DNA of 64,000 bases from positions 64,001 through 128,000 of the IMG/VR virus record IMGVR_UViG_2706796186_000001. One strand, given 5' to 3'. Below, piece by piece: positions 28,239 through 37,513 of this stretch (the first letter of the stretch is position 1; each line of letters starts with the position of its first letter). A program made the translations under genes and the position numbers. Source of the DNA: a virus (taxonomy: Duplodnaviria > Caudoviricetes). The notes under the pieces are model-generated. The model saw nothing but the letters and a program-made list of their open reading frames with translations. It was not told the origin of the DNA and ran no database searches.

Positions 28239-28844
28239 ATGGCAACTGTTCGCAATGTGCCCCATCAGGAGGGTCGTCGTTATACGTTTGGTGTGAAGCG
28301 GCATTTCCTCGGTTTCCGTCCGGGATGGAAAGTGGTTCGCGTTGCGGGCAGTTTCTGGCAACTCCCACCTAACGTGTTGAAGCATTACTCGGCAGAGCAG
28401 ATACAACATTTCCTCACACTCGCGGACTGGAGACAGAAAGAGTCCTTTAACCGCATCAAGTGTAATGAAATTGGTAAGTCTCGGAATGCAACCGAGCGGG
28501 GTGTTTATTGGACGGGGCAGAACGCATTTCAAACGGGTGGTTTTGTTGGCCCAACAGAAGTGCGGGAAGTCGAAGGGCAACTGGACGGCAGAAAGTTTAT
28601 CGGTCTGCACATCCACTGTCCTGATTCCCCTCAGTATGACTACCTGCTTGTTACCGATAAAGATGTGACCTTCTCGACGTTCTACAAGTACCTCTTGTTT
28701 TACAGCGATAAGATCTACTTCTACGCGTTCAATCGTGATACGCCGTGGGATATCGGTTTCCCTTACTTACGCCTACGGAGTAAAGAGGCATGTTCTATCG
28801 AGAACTTCAACAGTATACCGACGCTTTGCAAAGAAGCGAGCTAA
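28239..28844 (+). CDS. Hypothetical protein, 201 aa
   Basis: AAGGAG SD; abuts the upstream stop. Confidence 0.75.
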   Translation: MATVRNVPHQEGRRYTFGVKRHFLGFRPGWKVVRVAGSFWQLPPNVLKHYSAEQIQHFLTLADWRQKESFNRIKCNEIGKSRNATERGVYWTGQNAFQTGGFVGPTEVREVEGQLDGRKFIGLHIHCPDSPQYDYLLVTDKDVTFSTFYKYLLFYSDKIYFYAFNRDTPWDIGFPYLRLRSKEACSIENFNSIPTLCKEAS

Positions 28845-29158
28845 AGCACGACAGTAACTTTGATGATGTCACGGATGTCCTTTCTCAATTTAAAGACCTC
28901 GTGGTAACCGTTAAGACTGACCCAATCGGTGTACAGTCGCGGGGGTTAGACCTTGTGATTGCCAACGAACATGGGCGGTTCCATTTGCGCTTCCGTTACA
29001 GTAAGGATTTTTTACTCACCTTATTGTGTCACGTTGAAACGAATGGCCAGCGACACAAAGTGCGTTGGTGGGACGATTATTCTAAGTTCGAGTACGCAGA
29101 AGCGGAACACCGCCAAACCGTATACGACTTTATGCGAGCCGTAATTAACGGATTTTGA
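28790..29158 (+). CDS. Hypothetical protein, 122 aa
   Basis: GAGG before ATG; 55-nt overlap with the upstream gene. Confidence 0.6.
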   Translation: MFYRELQQYTDALQRSELKHDSNFDDVTDVLSQFKDLVVTVKTDPIGVQSRGLDLVIANEHGRFHLRFRYSKDFLLTLLCHVETNGQRHKVRWWDDYSKFEYAEAEHRQTVYDFMRAVINGF

Positions 29159-29168
29159 GAGAGCGAAA

Positions 29169-29768
29169 ATGCCTGAGATGATCTTAGACTCGCTTTTCCT
29201 GATTACCAATGCGTACATTGATAAGAATGGTAAACTGCCGGTGCGTATCTGCGTCCGGCGCAGCGGCGTGAGCCGTCTGTATCACATTACCAAAGTCTTA
29301 GACATTGCGTGTAAAGTAACCGGGATGAAGCGACCGAAAACCCTGAACAACTTCAAACACGTTCAGGGTATTTTACACAAAGCCATGTGTGACATGCACC
29401 GTAAGCGCCGTCACTCGCCGTACCATCCATTAACGCGGGCATCAGGAGGTGACGTGGAGTATCGTGAGAACATCGTTAACCTGCGGCCGGGTTATTGCAA
29501 TGTTGCGGGGTTAGGCGCACAACGCCTGCGGAACATCATTCAGGGCAAGAACGCTGAACCGACTCCGCAAGAAGCAGAACACGCAATGTCGATGTTGCGC
29601 GCTGCTGAACTCGTGGTGGTGGATACCGAAGTCGAAGCGTACCGTATGCAGTTCTTCTTGACTGAACGCGGACTAACGGCTTTGGTGGTCTACGGTGAAA
29701 CAGCGGACAAGCTGAACCTGCCGAGCACAGATGGTGAATGGTCGAAACCGACCGTTGAACACCAGTAA
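29169..29768 (+). CDS. Hypothetical protein, 199 aa
   Basis: Open frame followed by a terminator. Confidence 0.75.
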   Translation: MPEMILDSLFLITNAYIDKNGKLPVRICVRRSGVSRLYHITKVLDIACKVTGMKRPKTLNNFKHVQGILHKAMCDMHRKRRHSPYHPLTRASGGDVEYRENIVNLRPGYCNVAGLGAQRLRNIIQGKNAEPTPQEAEHAMSMLRAAELVVVDTEVEAYRMQFFLTERGLTALVVYGETADKLNLPSTDGEWSKPTVEHQ

Positions 29769-29773
29769 AGTTT

Positions 29774-29810
29774 ACCCACCCCTCGGGGTGGGTTTACTCT
29801 ATCTTTTTTT
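29774..29810 (+). terminator. Intrinsic terminator
   Basis: ACCCACCC-CTCG-GGGTGGGT plus T-run. Confidence 0.8.
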
Positions 29811-29831
29811 GAATAGATATTATTTAGGTGA
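29811..29831 (+). promoter_or_regulatory. Putative phage promoter/operator motif
   Basis: GAATAGATATTATTTAGGTGA directly after the terminator. Confidence 0.65.
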
Positions 29832-29921
29832 GATAACAATAGTTATCTTTTTTTACAGCAGATATTCTAAGTATGCCGATGTGTGCCGGTTAAAGCACAC
29901 CACATCCTACTAGGAGACATT

Positions 29922-30671
29922 ATGAAATTGGAACACGCCGTCGGACACCCACTGAAAACGCTGCGCAGTAACCCGTACATGGAAGAAGTCTGGACACTTA
30001 ACCATCCGGATGCCGCTCACAGTTTCCACTTCTTCAAAGCGAACGATAAGAAATACTCAGCGAAAGGTGTCGTGGTTGAGAAAGGGATTGATATCATCGT
30101 CGAAGTATTGCCGAGTATGGCCGACATGAAAAAGTTAATCGGTGCACGCGGTTTCGGATGGAAGTTAGAGAGCTTTTATCATCCTCTCTATTTGAGGATA
30201 GGCGAGATTGCCTTCAGACGTTGTTTGGGCAACGCAGATTTTCGCGTGGCACTAGCAAAGAACGACGGTGAGTTTGTCAGGAATTATGATCCACTAATTC
30301 ACAGTTTGTTCTTAGCGTATGGCTTGGCAACAGCCGAGATACGACCAGGAAAAGAGGGGATTTGGCCGTACGAAATTCTAACGTGGAATAGCACCTTCCG
30401 TGCGAAGTACCATACCGGAAAAGAGTTGTCAGGTCGCCGCAAACTTACTTACCGCCAAAGCAAGCATCCGGAACTGCCATGTACCGCAGAAATGGATATG
30501 CGTTTTGATGTCAAGCGTCGATGTAACACAGCGCCTAATTTGACGATTACCAGACGGTATCTTCTCGAGAGTTGGCCAAACTCCAAAACGTTTGTTGCGT
30601 CCCCAGAAAACAAACCGTATTTGGATATCCTTTTGGCAGAGGCGGATAGCACCGATACCAGACAGTTGTAA
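29922..30671 (+). CDS. Hypothetical early protein
   Basis: AGGAG SD before ATG 29922; stands alone between motif and terminator. Confidence 0.75.
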   Translation: MKLEHAVGHPLKTLRSNPYMEEVWTLNHPDAAHSFHFFKANDKKYSAKGVVVEKGIDIIVEVLPSMADMKKLIGARGFGWKLESFYHPLYLRIGEIAFRRCLGNADFRVALAKNDGEFVRNYDPLIHSLFLAYGLATAEIRPGKEGIWPYEILTWNSTFRAKYHTGKELSGRRKLTYRQSKHPELPCTAEMDMRFDVKRRCNTAPNLTITRRYLLESWPNSKTFVASPENKPYLDILLAEADSTDTRQL

Positions 30672-30675
30672 TTCT

Positions 30676-30705
30676 ATAAGCGACCTTCGGGTCGCTTATT
30701 TTTTT
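30676..30705 (+). terminator. Intrinsic terminator, UUCG loop
   Basis: ATAAGCGACC-TTCG-GGTCGCTTAT plus T-run. Confidence 0.9.
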
Positions 30706-30769
30706 GTTCGATTACACCAGTTGTACATAATGTGTACAGAACACTTAAAGCTTTAATGGGGAAAACGTA

Positions 30770-31411
30770 ATGACAGCCATTACCGCGGCCTTCGATGGTC
30801 ACGATTATGCTGGGAAGTCTACGATGGTGCAGAAGGTTCGTGCCGTCTTAGAAGGTCTTGGTCTGCGAGTGAAGGTGGTTAACCACCCGTGTGCGGATAC
30901 CGAGACAGGGCAGTTTGCTCGCCGCCAGTTAGTGACTGGTGTGGCAGATGCTCTGGTTGCACGGGCAATGTGTCAGGATTTCGAATACACACTGCAATAC
31001 GTCGTACCCCAATACGACGTGGTTTTGCTTGACCGTTGGGCACCCGTGACAATCGCGAACCAAGGTGACGAGGGCCGTCAGGAAGTCTTCCGTTCTGGTG
31101 TGTGTAACCAACCGGGTTCTCCCCAGATTTATGTTTCGATGGAAGTTGGTTTTGAAACCGCCAAACTCCGTCGCAGCAAACGTCTGGCTGAGAAAGGGTT
31201 GGACTGGGATGATGCGGTCAGTGGTAAGATGTTCGAGTCGGAAGAAGCGTGGGATGCGTATCGCGATCGCTATCGTTATGCGTTTCAGATTCTGACCGAG
31301 GGCGGGGATAAGTTCCAGTGGCTGAAGTTTGACGAACAGTCTGACCAAGTTACGGCACCGCTCACTATCGCGACCGCAATCGCAGTGGCGTACGTGAACA
31401 AACTAAAATAA
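30770..31411 (+). CDS. tmk: Thymidylate (dNMP) kinase
   Basis: P-loop FDGHDYAGKST; VVLLDRW...IA.QG. Confidence 0.8.
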   Translation: MTAITAAFDGHDYAGKSTMVQKVRAVLEGLGLRVKVVNHPCADTETGQFARRQLVTGVADALVARAMCQDFEYTLQYVVPQYDVVLLDRWAPVTIANQGDEGRQEVFRSGVCNQPGSPQIYVSMEVGFETAKLRRSKRLAEKGLDWDDAVSGKMFESEEAWDAYRDRYRYAFQILTEGGDKFQWLKFDEQSDQVTAPLTIATAIAVAYVNKLK

Positions 31412-31416
31412 GAAAG

Positions 31417-31453
31417 ACCCCTCTTACCTTCGGGTAAGAGGGTTTTATTTTTT
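31417..31453 (+). terminator. Intrinsic terminator, UUCG loop
   Basis: CCCTCTTACC-TTCG-GGTAAGAGGG plus T-run. Confidence 0.9.
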
Positions 31454-31493
31454 ACACCAACCAATAGTCCTATGCTTTATTCCACAAAATCTC

Positions 31494-31514
31494 AGATAGA
31501 TATCATCTAGGTGG
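31494..31514 (+). promoter_or_regulatory. Putative phage promoter/operator motif
   Basis: AGATAGATATCATCTAGGTGG upstream of the HTH gene. Confidence 0.7.
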
Positions 31515-31559
31515 ACATTGAAATCAATGTCTTATTGTACCCACAAGGAGAATCAAACA

Positions 31560-31910
31560 ATGCGTTATATCCATGATGCTACACGTAATGCTAAAAACAA
31601 GTTCGTCAACCAGATGAGCTTCATCATTGAAAAGATTGTTGAAGACGGTGTAAAGCAGCGTGAACTTGCTGACGTTGCGAAAGTCTCACCTGGCGTCATT
31701 AGCAACATCAAATTCGGTCGTGTTGACCGTGTTTCATTTGACGTCGTTAAGCGTGTCGCCGATGCCCTGCGTCTGGAATATACAATCACCGTAACGTCCC
31801 GCTTTGGTAAGGCTACCGAAGTCGTGACCGTACAAACCGGTTATGAATATATGAGACTCAATGCCGCATGGCAGGGTCACCAGGCTAAGTCCGTCCGTAC
31901 CGCACACTAA
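31560..31910 (+). CDS. XRE/Cro-type helix-turn-helix protein
   Basis: GVKQRELADVAKVSPGVISNIKFG...VSFDVVKRVADAL; AAGGAG SD. Confidence 0.85.
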   Translation: MRYIHDATRNAKNKFVNQMSFIIEKIVEDGVKQRELADVAKVSPGVISNIKFGRVDRVSFDVVKRVADALRLEYTITVTSRFGKATEVVTVQTGYEYMRLNAAWQGHQAKSVRTAH

Positions 31911-31921
31911 TCGAGGTTACC

Positions 31922-32386
31922 ATGAAAGCAATTTATGCCGCTGGTAAGACCCAGCACATTATCGCCCCACACGACGAATGTTGCCCACACCTCCATCCGT
32001 GGCAAATCGCCCCGTACTACACCGCGCAAATCGTCGGCCCTATCCGTACGGTGTTCTACACTTGTAAGTCGTGCCACGAAGCGTTACAGAACGAAATCGC
32101 GCAGAACTTTATCCTCTGCAACGATTGCCGTAAACCGATGGCCCCGGAAGAAGTGATTTGCTGGTCGCCGTATGACACAAATCCTGCACAGCCGACCATC
32201 TATCTGTGCAAAGACTGTGAATGTGGTACGAAACACTTTGACCGTGTGGAGTACGACCGTGCGAACTTCGTGCAAAGCTACCCGGTGAAACAACGTAACC
32301 TCCGCCTGCTGGCGACAAGCGATGCCGGAATGAACATGCGTTATATTCCGGAGCCGATTCGTCGTCCGTATGACACACACATCTAA
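31922..32386 (+). CDS. Cys-rich putative zinc-binding protein
   Basis: CPH, CKSC, CNDC and CKDC; GAGG SD. Confidence 0.7.
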   Translation: MKAIYAAGKTQHIIAPHDECCPHLHPWQIAPYYTAQIVGPIRTVFYTCKSCHEALQNEIAQNFILCNDCRKPMAPEEVICWSPYDTNPAQPTIYLCKDCECGTKHFDRVEYDRANFVQSYPVKQRNLRLLATSDAGMNMRYIPEPIRRPYDTHI

Positions 32387-32396
32387 AAGTAAAGTA

Positions 32397-32425
32397 AAGG
32401 GGGTCTTTCCCCCTTCTTATTTTTT
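32397..32425 (+). terminator. Intrinsic terminator
   Basis: AAGGGGG-tcttt-CCCCCTT plus T-run. Confidence 0.7.
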
Positions 32426-32484
32426 GCCTTTTTACGCAACTTCCCTTTCCTGTGAATAACAAGAATTTGTTGCGGGGGAAATCG

Positions 32485-33492
32485 ATGCAATCGATAGCGC
32501 AATCAACCATCATTAAACCGTCGGTCGAACCGACAGAACAGCAAATCAATATCACCATTGAGCGACTCACTTGGGGTAGCGAAAAAGCACGCGAGTATTA
32601 TCATGCCTTTGGGTCACGTACCATTCCGATTAAACGGTTGAACGTTATCCTCAAAAATCCGCAGTACCAAGTCTTCGGTTTGCGTAACGACAGACATAAG
32701 CCGCTTGGGTATATCTCGGTCATTACCACCATGGGCGATGAAACACTCATCATTCACCATGCAGAAGAGATTATCTCTAAGTCTCTTAACAAAGTGGCGA
32801 TGATGATGTTGTTGGATCACGTCGGGTGCCGCTATGCGATGACGGTTGACGGGTCGTCTGATAACTTCGACTTCCGCAATCGCATGGGCTTTAAGCTGAT
32901 TGAAAACAACTGGATGGTGAACTGTAAACCGTACGAGAAACTTCCCATCGATAAACGGATTGTGGATGTCTCTGGTTTAGAGTCACTCAGCGAACATCAG
33001 CTTGAGCAACTTACCGGTTTAGTCCGCTACACCATCTACCGCGAAGGGCAGACTGATCCGTTTGGTCGGGAAATCTTCCGTGAAGTGTTACCAGAGTCGG
33101 TCATTGAACGTGGGCGCACCAGTCAGTATAAAACGCTGGTCTGGATGGATGCGGGGGATATTCTCGGCGTCGCACAACTGCAATACGCACAATGGGGTGA
33201 GGTTATCCTGAGTGGGGTTGGGGTTGATGGTTCCCATACGGGCAAGCGTATCGGGCGCAATCTGGTTGCCGCGGCAATTCAGAAAGCGGGCATGTCTCAC
33301 GAACACCTGATGGCCACCACCTTTGCAGACAATGGGCCAATGAACCACCTGTTTGGAAACCTCTTAGGTTGGGATATGTTGCCGGGGTCAATTGGCGTGG
33401 AGTTGGTTGAGAACGCGGTGAGCTGGAAGAAGTCGAAGAAGTATCTGGGTGTGACAGCCGGTCACGGTGCCCCAATGTACAAAGGGGATTGA
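32485..33492 (+). CDS. Tandem GNAT-domain protein
   Basis: C-terminal GV.V...HTGKRIGRNLV and N.PM..LF...LGW; the N-half ends in FRNRMGF, a degenerate motif B. Confidence 0.7.
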   Translation: MQSIAQSTIIKPSVEPTEQQINITIERLTWGSEKAREYYHAFGSRTIPIKRLNVILKNPQYQVFGLRNDRHKPLGYISVITTMGDETLIIHHAEEIISKSLNKVAMMMLLDHVGCRYAMTVDGSSDNFDFRNRMGFKLIENNWMVNCKPYEKLPIDKRIVDVSGLESLSEHQLEQLTGLVRYTIYREGQTDPFGREIFREVLPESVIERGRTSQYKTLVWMDAGDILGVAQLQYAQWGEVILSGVGVDGSHTGKRIGRNLVAAAIQKAGMSHEHLMATTFADNGPMNHLFGNLLGWDMLPGSIGVELVENAVSWKKSKKYLGVTAGHGAPMYKGD

Positions 33493-33493
33493 G

Positions 33494-34315
33494 ATGCGTT
33501 CTATTTTAAAATGGGTCGGTGGAAAGAAGCGAATCATCCAACCCCTGCGTAAGGTGTTCGGTGACACCGATTGTTTCGTCGAGCCGTTCGTGGGCGCAGG
33601 TTCGGTATTCATGAACACCAACTTCCCGAAGTACATTCTCTCTGACTACAATCCCGATTTGGTTGCGGTGCTCCGTTCTGCGATGGAAGCCCCGGACGAT
33701 TTGGTGGAAGCTTGTGAGCAACTCTGGACTAACGGGTGTGACCCTGAGGTTTATGATGCCCGCCGGGCGATACTCAACGACCGTGAGAACGTCACCGTCG
33801 AAGACACCATTGACCGGGCAGCTATCTTCATTTACCTGAACCGTCACGGGTACAATGGGTTGTGTCGCTACAACAAGTCGGGCGGGTACAACGTCCCTTA
33901 TGGCGACCACCCAACCAAACCGTATTTACCCAAAGAAGAAATTCATGCTTTCTGGAAACGCTGCACCGAATCCGAAGTAGACTTGCGCTGCTGTGGCTTT
34001 GAGGAGACGATTATCAATGCACCGAAAGGTTCACTGATTTACGCTGACCCTCCGTACATACCCAGCTCGAAGACTTCCTCGTTTGCGCAGTATCATAAAG
34101 CGTCCTTTAACCAACAACACCAACGCCAATTGGCTAAACTCCTGAAAGAAGCACATCTTCGTGGTTGTCGTGTAGTCCTGTCGAATTCTGATACGCTGCT
34201 CACCAAAGACATCTACTATGGCTTCCAATGGGAGACCGTAGAGGTGGGGCGGTATTTAGGGTCGAAGGCTGAAACCCGTGGACGTGTGAACGAGTTGATT
34301 GGTGTTCTGGAGTAA
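33494..34315 (+). CDS. dam: Dam-family DNA adenine methyltransferase
   Basis: LKWVGGK, VEPFVGAGSV, YLNRHGYNGLCRYN.SG.YNVPYG, YADPPY and LSNS. Confidence 0.95.
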   Translation: MRSILKWVGGKKRIIQPLRKVFGDTDCFVEPFVGAGSVFMNTNFPKYILSDYNPDLVAVLRSAMEAPDDLVEACEQLWTNGCDPEVYDARRAILNDRENVTVEDTIDRAAIFIYLNRHGYNGLCRYNKSGGYNVPYGDHPTKPYLPKEEIHAFWKRCTESEVDLRCCGFEETIINAPKGSLIYADPPYIPSSKTSSFAQYHKASFNQQHQRQLAKLLKEAHLRGCRVVLSNSDTLLTKDIYYGFQWETVEVGRYLGSKAETRGRVNELIGVLE

Positions 34316-34317
34316 CC

Positions 34318-35112
34318 ATGCACCTGTTATCGTATCCACCTGTGTACGAGCGACCTGTCCTCCTTAACGGTCGAGAGGTTGAAGTTGAACGTATCTGGCA
34401 AGGCATTAAACAAACCCATCCGTTAGCGATGGACGAGGAGCATTATCTGGTGGTGTCTAACACTCGCCAGACGCTCCTTGTATTAAGTGGCGAACGTCAC
34501 GGCGATGTGTTCCATATTCTCAATATGGTGCCGATGACCGACAAGCCCTTTTACCAGTGGAAAAACCTCATGCGTCAACTCGAAGTGGTTCACTTCGATG
34601 TGGTATTAGACCCAAGTGCTCATGTCGAGCACGGGATATGTCAGGCCATGGGACTTGAGTTCGTGACAAAGCGTGTGAAGTTTACCCCGTTTGATGTTTC
34701 GCGTTTCAACACGCGTGCGCCGATGATTCATCGTCAGGAGAACTGCTCTCTTGATGAGATGGAGCGTGTGTGTCAGATAACGAAGAAATCACTGCCGGGG
34801 TACAAGCACATCTTAAAGGAAGTGGCGTTCGGTTTTATGGAAACGTTGGTACGCAAACAAAACGACAAGATTACGTCGGTGTTGTTTGTTAGCCAGACAC
34901 CTAATACCGTCACCGTCGCTAACTACGTTTCTGTGTTTCATCAACAGGACAGGCAGTATGCGCAGGACTTCTCGGAGTTCTTCCGATACTTACTGAAACT
35001 GTGCGGGACACAGAAAAAGTCGTTGTATATCTCGCTGGACGCTAAGGCAGAGATACCGACTTACGATGGTATCACTCATGAGGTGGTGACACATCATTAC
35101 ACGATTGCTTAG
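34318..35112 (+). CDS. Hypothetical protein, possibly degenerate tandem GNAT
   Basis: CQAMGLEF resembles the motif B end; in an operon with GNAT and dam; fold is inferred. Confidence 0.6.
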   Translation: MHLLSYPPVYERPVLLNGREVEVERIWQGIKQTHPLAMDEEHYLVVSNTRQTLLVLSGERHGDVFHILNMVPMTDKPFYQWKNLMRQLEVVHFDVVLDPSAHVEHGICQAMGLEFVTKRVKFTPFDVSRFNTRAPMIHRQENCSLDEMERVCQITKKSLPGYKHILKEVAFGFMETLVRKQNDKITSVLFVSQTPNTVTVANYVSVFHQQDRQYAQDFSEFFRYLLKLCGTQKKSLYISLDAKAEIPTYDGITHEVVTHHYTIA

Positions 35113-35119
35113 GAGGGTT

Positions 35120-35881
35120 ATGAGAGAGATAACGAAAGAGGTGCTAGATGGTACGTATGACCAACCGCTCGGGCGTGGTGTATTAGACTGGCGTATCTTA
35201 GATCTGGCCCCCATGGAAACAAAACACATTGTTGAAGTGGGGCGTTGGCGTGTGTACCTAAAACGTCATCGTATCGAGGAAACAGCGCTACTGATTTCCG
35301 TTGACCGTTTTGGGGATGTGGAAGAACCACTGAATCTGCTCCCTGATGTGCTGGACGTCAAGGCAGTCTTTGCTTACTCGACGACGACTGCGGATGAAGC
35401 CCTTAAACGAATAGGGTTTGATCTGCATGCAGTGAAATATATCATTCCACCGCGCGAGGGTATCAGACCACCGCCGAAGATGATTGAAAACTGCCTGTTG
35501 ACGGACCAAGAAGCGGCGTCTTTTAAACTGGCCGCCATCGAAGAAGAAAGCATCCGTAAAGCGGCGGAAGCGTACGGTATGGGCACAGCTGCGTTTCACC
35601 GTGTCGACTTTGGGCACGGACGTACGGCAGTTGCGCTTATCAATATCGTCGATGAACATGCCACACTGCTGACGCACTGGGCAAGTGACTTCCAATCGCA
35701 AATGACGGTTGCTGACATCTTTAACTACATTGCCTCCTGTCAGAAGAACGGCGGGGAGTACGTGGTTAACCGTCAAACGTTCGATGACCCAACCCCTCTG
35801 GTGGAAACGCTGGAAACCCTCCACACCACGACACGCGGTGTTTATATTATCACAAAAGGAGTATCTACCCATGCAAACTAG
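35120..35881 (+). CDS. Hypothetical protein, possibly degenerate tandem GNAT
   Basis: AGGAGG SD; ALKRIGF resembles the motif B end. Confidence 0.6.
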   Translation: MREITKEVLDGTYDQPLGRGVLDWRILDLAPMETKHIVEVGRWRVYLKRHRIEETALLISVDRFGDVEEPLNLLPDVLDVKAVFAYSTTTADEALKRIGFDLHAVKYIIPPREGIRPPPKMIENCLLTDQEAASFKLAAIEEESIRKAAEAYGMGTAAFHRVDFGHGRTAVALINIVDEHATLLTHWASDFQSQMTVADIFNYIASCQKNGGEYVVNRQTFDDPTPLVETLETLHTTTRGVYIITKGVSTHAN

Positions 35882-36167
35882 CATCAATCGTTCTGTCGCG
35901 CGTTCTAAAGAAGTGGTTTACGATGTGGTCTCTGGTGAAAAGACCCTGTTCCGTGCGGTGATTGTCGAGAACAACGAACTGCTCGTGGTCTATCCGGGTG
36001 GCGAGTTCTCTAAAGCGGAAAAGGTGGCACTGGATAAACTCATCACCAAAGCGAAACACCGCGACGGGATTTCTATCCACCGTGTGGTTAATGGTCGTGA
36101 GTTAGTGGAGAATGGCAAAGACTTAGAAGTGCGTCCCGTGAGCACGCAAGTCAACGCCTTTGTATGA
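35871..36167 (+). CDS. Hypothetical protein, 98 aa
   Basis: AAGGAG SD before ATG 35871 (MQTSINRS...). Confidence 0.7.
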   Translation: MQTSINRSVARSKEVVYDVVSGEKTLFRAVIVENNELLVVYPGGEFSKAEKVALDKLITKAKHRDGISIHRVVNGRELVENGKDLEVRPVSTQVNAFV

Positions 36168-36194
36168 CACCACTAACGTTATAGAGGAATCGCA

Positions 36195-36695
36195 ATGGAT
36201 GTTATCGATTTCGAACAGCTTCCACAGCACGACTTCGACCTCGGCGTCCGTGACATGGATTGCGGCTTCGAAGAAAAGGCGCGTGCGCTGTTCCAGAAAT
36301 ACGGCGAACTGATTATGGGTACCGACCATCCAGACATCACACTGGATGAGTTCGAGAAACTGATCGTTGGTCTCATCACGACCCGTGCACAGGACAGAGC
36401 GTTGCTGAACGAGTTGAACTTTACCACCGTGTCCCCCGCGGATGCTGCCGGTATCCTGTCGCAGTCCATCGTGCCGAACGATGAGATTCTCGACAAGGTT
36501 GCTGAGCTACGTGGCCCGTTCGACACAGCGGTAGAAGACTACGCGCAGCAGTTAGCGGAATCGGAATACGCGATGGTCGCCCCTGAGGGTGAGCAGCTGC
36601 CGTCTGATGAGCAAACTGAAACTGCCCGTCTGCGTCTTGCGCGATATGTCATTACCAGCGTGCTGGTTGATGACCGTGAAGATTGTCAGCTCTAA
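36195..36695 (+). CDS. Acidic hypothetical protein, 166 aa
   Basis: GAGGA SD; about 36 D/E versus 13 K/R by hand count. Confidence 0.8.
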   Translation: MDVIDFEQLPQHDFDLGVRDMDCGFEEKARALFQKYGELIMGTDHPDITLDEFEKLIVGLITTRAQDRALLNELNFTTVSPADAAGILSQSIVPNDEILDKVAELRGPFDTAVEDYAQQLAESEYAMVAPEGEQLPSDEQTETARLRLARYVITSVLVDDREDCQL

Positions 36696-36702
36696 TGAAA
36701 TG

Positions 36703-36734
36703 ACCTCACCTTCGGGTGGGGTTTATTTTTTTTT
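36703..36734 (+). terminator. Intrinsic terminator, UUCG loop
   Basis: ACCTCACC-TTCG-GGTGGGGT plus T-run. Confidence 0.85.
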
Positions 36735-36794
36735 GCCTTTTTACAGAATAGCACCTATCTATGTCAAACCAAATAACCCTGAGGATTAAAAGCA

Positions 36795-37130
36795 ATGTGG
36801 CTTAGCGCAATTCACCGTGATTTACCAAAAATCGTTGACTTCGGTACCAGCGTGACTGGCGACCCGAATGTCGAACCGGTACAAATCGATGTGGGTCTGG
36901 CGAAGTTCGACCGCATGGAAGAAGGTCAGTTCGTGGTTCTCGATGCTGAAGAGAACGAATACATGCTGTTCCACCCGGAAGTGGATGTCGCGGGCATCGT
37001 TGACGGTGTGTGGTTAGCATCGTGGCACGATAAGTCCACGGACAAGTGGATGTGGGCGCTGGCAAAACAAGTCGGTGATAATTCATTCGTTCTGGATACC
37101 AAGCACCATGTTGAGCCCGTCCCTCATTGA
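36795..37130 (+). CDS. Hypothetical protein, 111 aa
   Basis: GAGGA SD. Confidence 0.75.
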   Translation: MWLSAIHRDLPKIVDFGTSVTGDPNVEPVQIDVGLAKFDRMEEGQFVVLDAEENEYMLFHPEVDVAGIVDGVWLASWHDKSTDKWMWALAKQVGDNSFVLDTKHHVEPVPH

Positions 37131-37434
37131 TGTCCGCGATGAGCTGTCGACGAATGATTACCTCATTCGGATGCAGTCCGCGTTTCAAAAGCCGTTAGGT
37201 GGCCCACCGGAAGCACGTCAGGTGTACGCACAGGTCATCGGGGTGGATAACAAAGAGGTTCACTTCACGAACCTTGAAACCAAACTCGACTTCACCATGC
37301 CCCTGAACGTGTTTCTGTTTGTGCCTGCTCTCGGTTTGCCAGTTGAGATTAGTCGCGTGCATCACCGCATCTTCTGTTGGCCTGATGTCCACAAAGAGAA
37401 CAGCGATCCTATCCAGCTGCAAATTCGCCTGTAA
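37108..37434 (+). CDS. Hypothetical protein
   Basis: Open frame overlapping the upstream stop; start uncertain. Confidence 0.6.
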   Translation: MLSPSLIDVRDELSTNDYLIRMQSAFQKPLGGPPEARQVYAQVIGVDNKEVHFTNLETKLDFTMPLNVFLFVPALGLPVEISRVHHRIFCWPDVHKENSDPIQLQIRL

Positions 37435-37447
37435 CGTATTACTTTTC

Positions 37448-37468
37448 AGATAGATATTATCTAGGGGA
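37448..37468 (+). promoter_or_regulatory. Putative phage promoter/operator motif
   Basis: AGATAGATATTATCTAGGGGA, followed by a stem-loop at 37465-37485. Confidence 0.7.
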
Positions 37469-37513
37469 GAAGATTGTTTTCTCCCTCACATTTTAATCTA
37501 TAAGGAGTATCTC

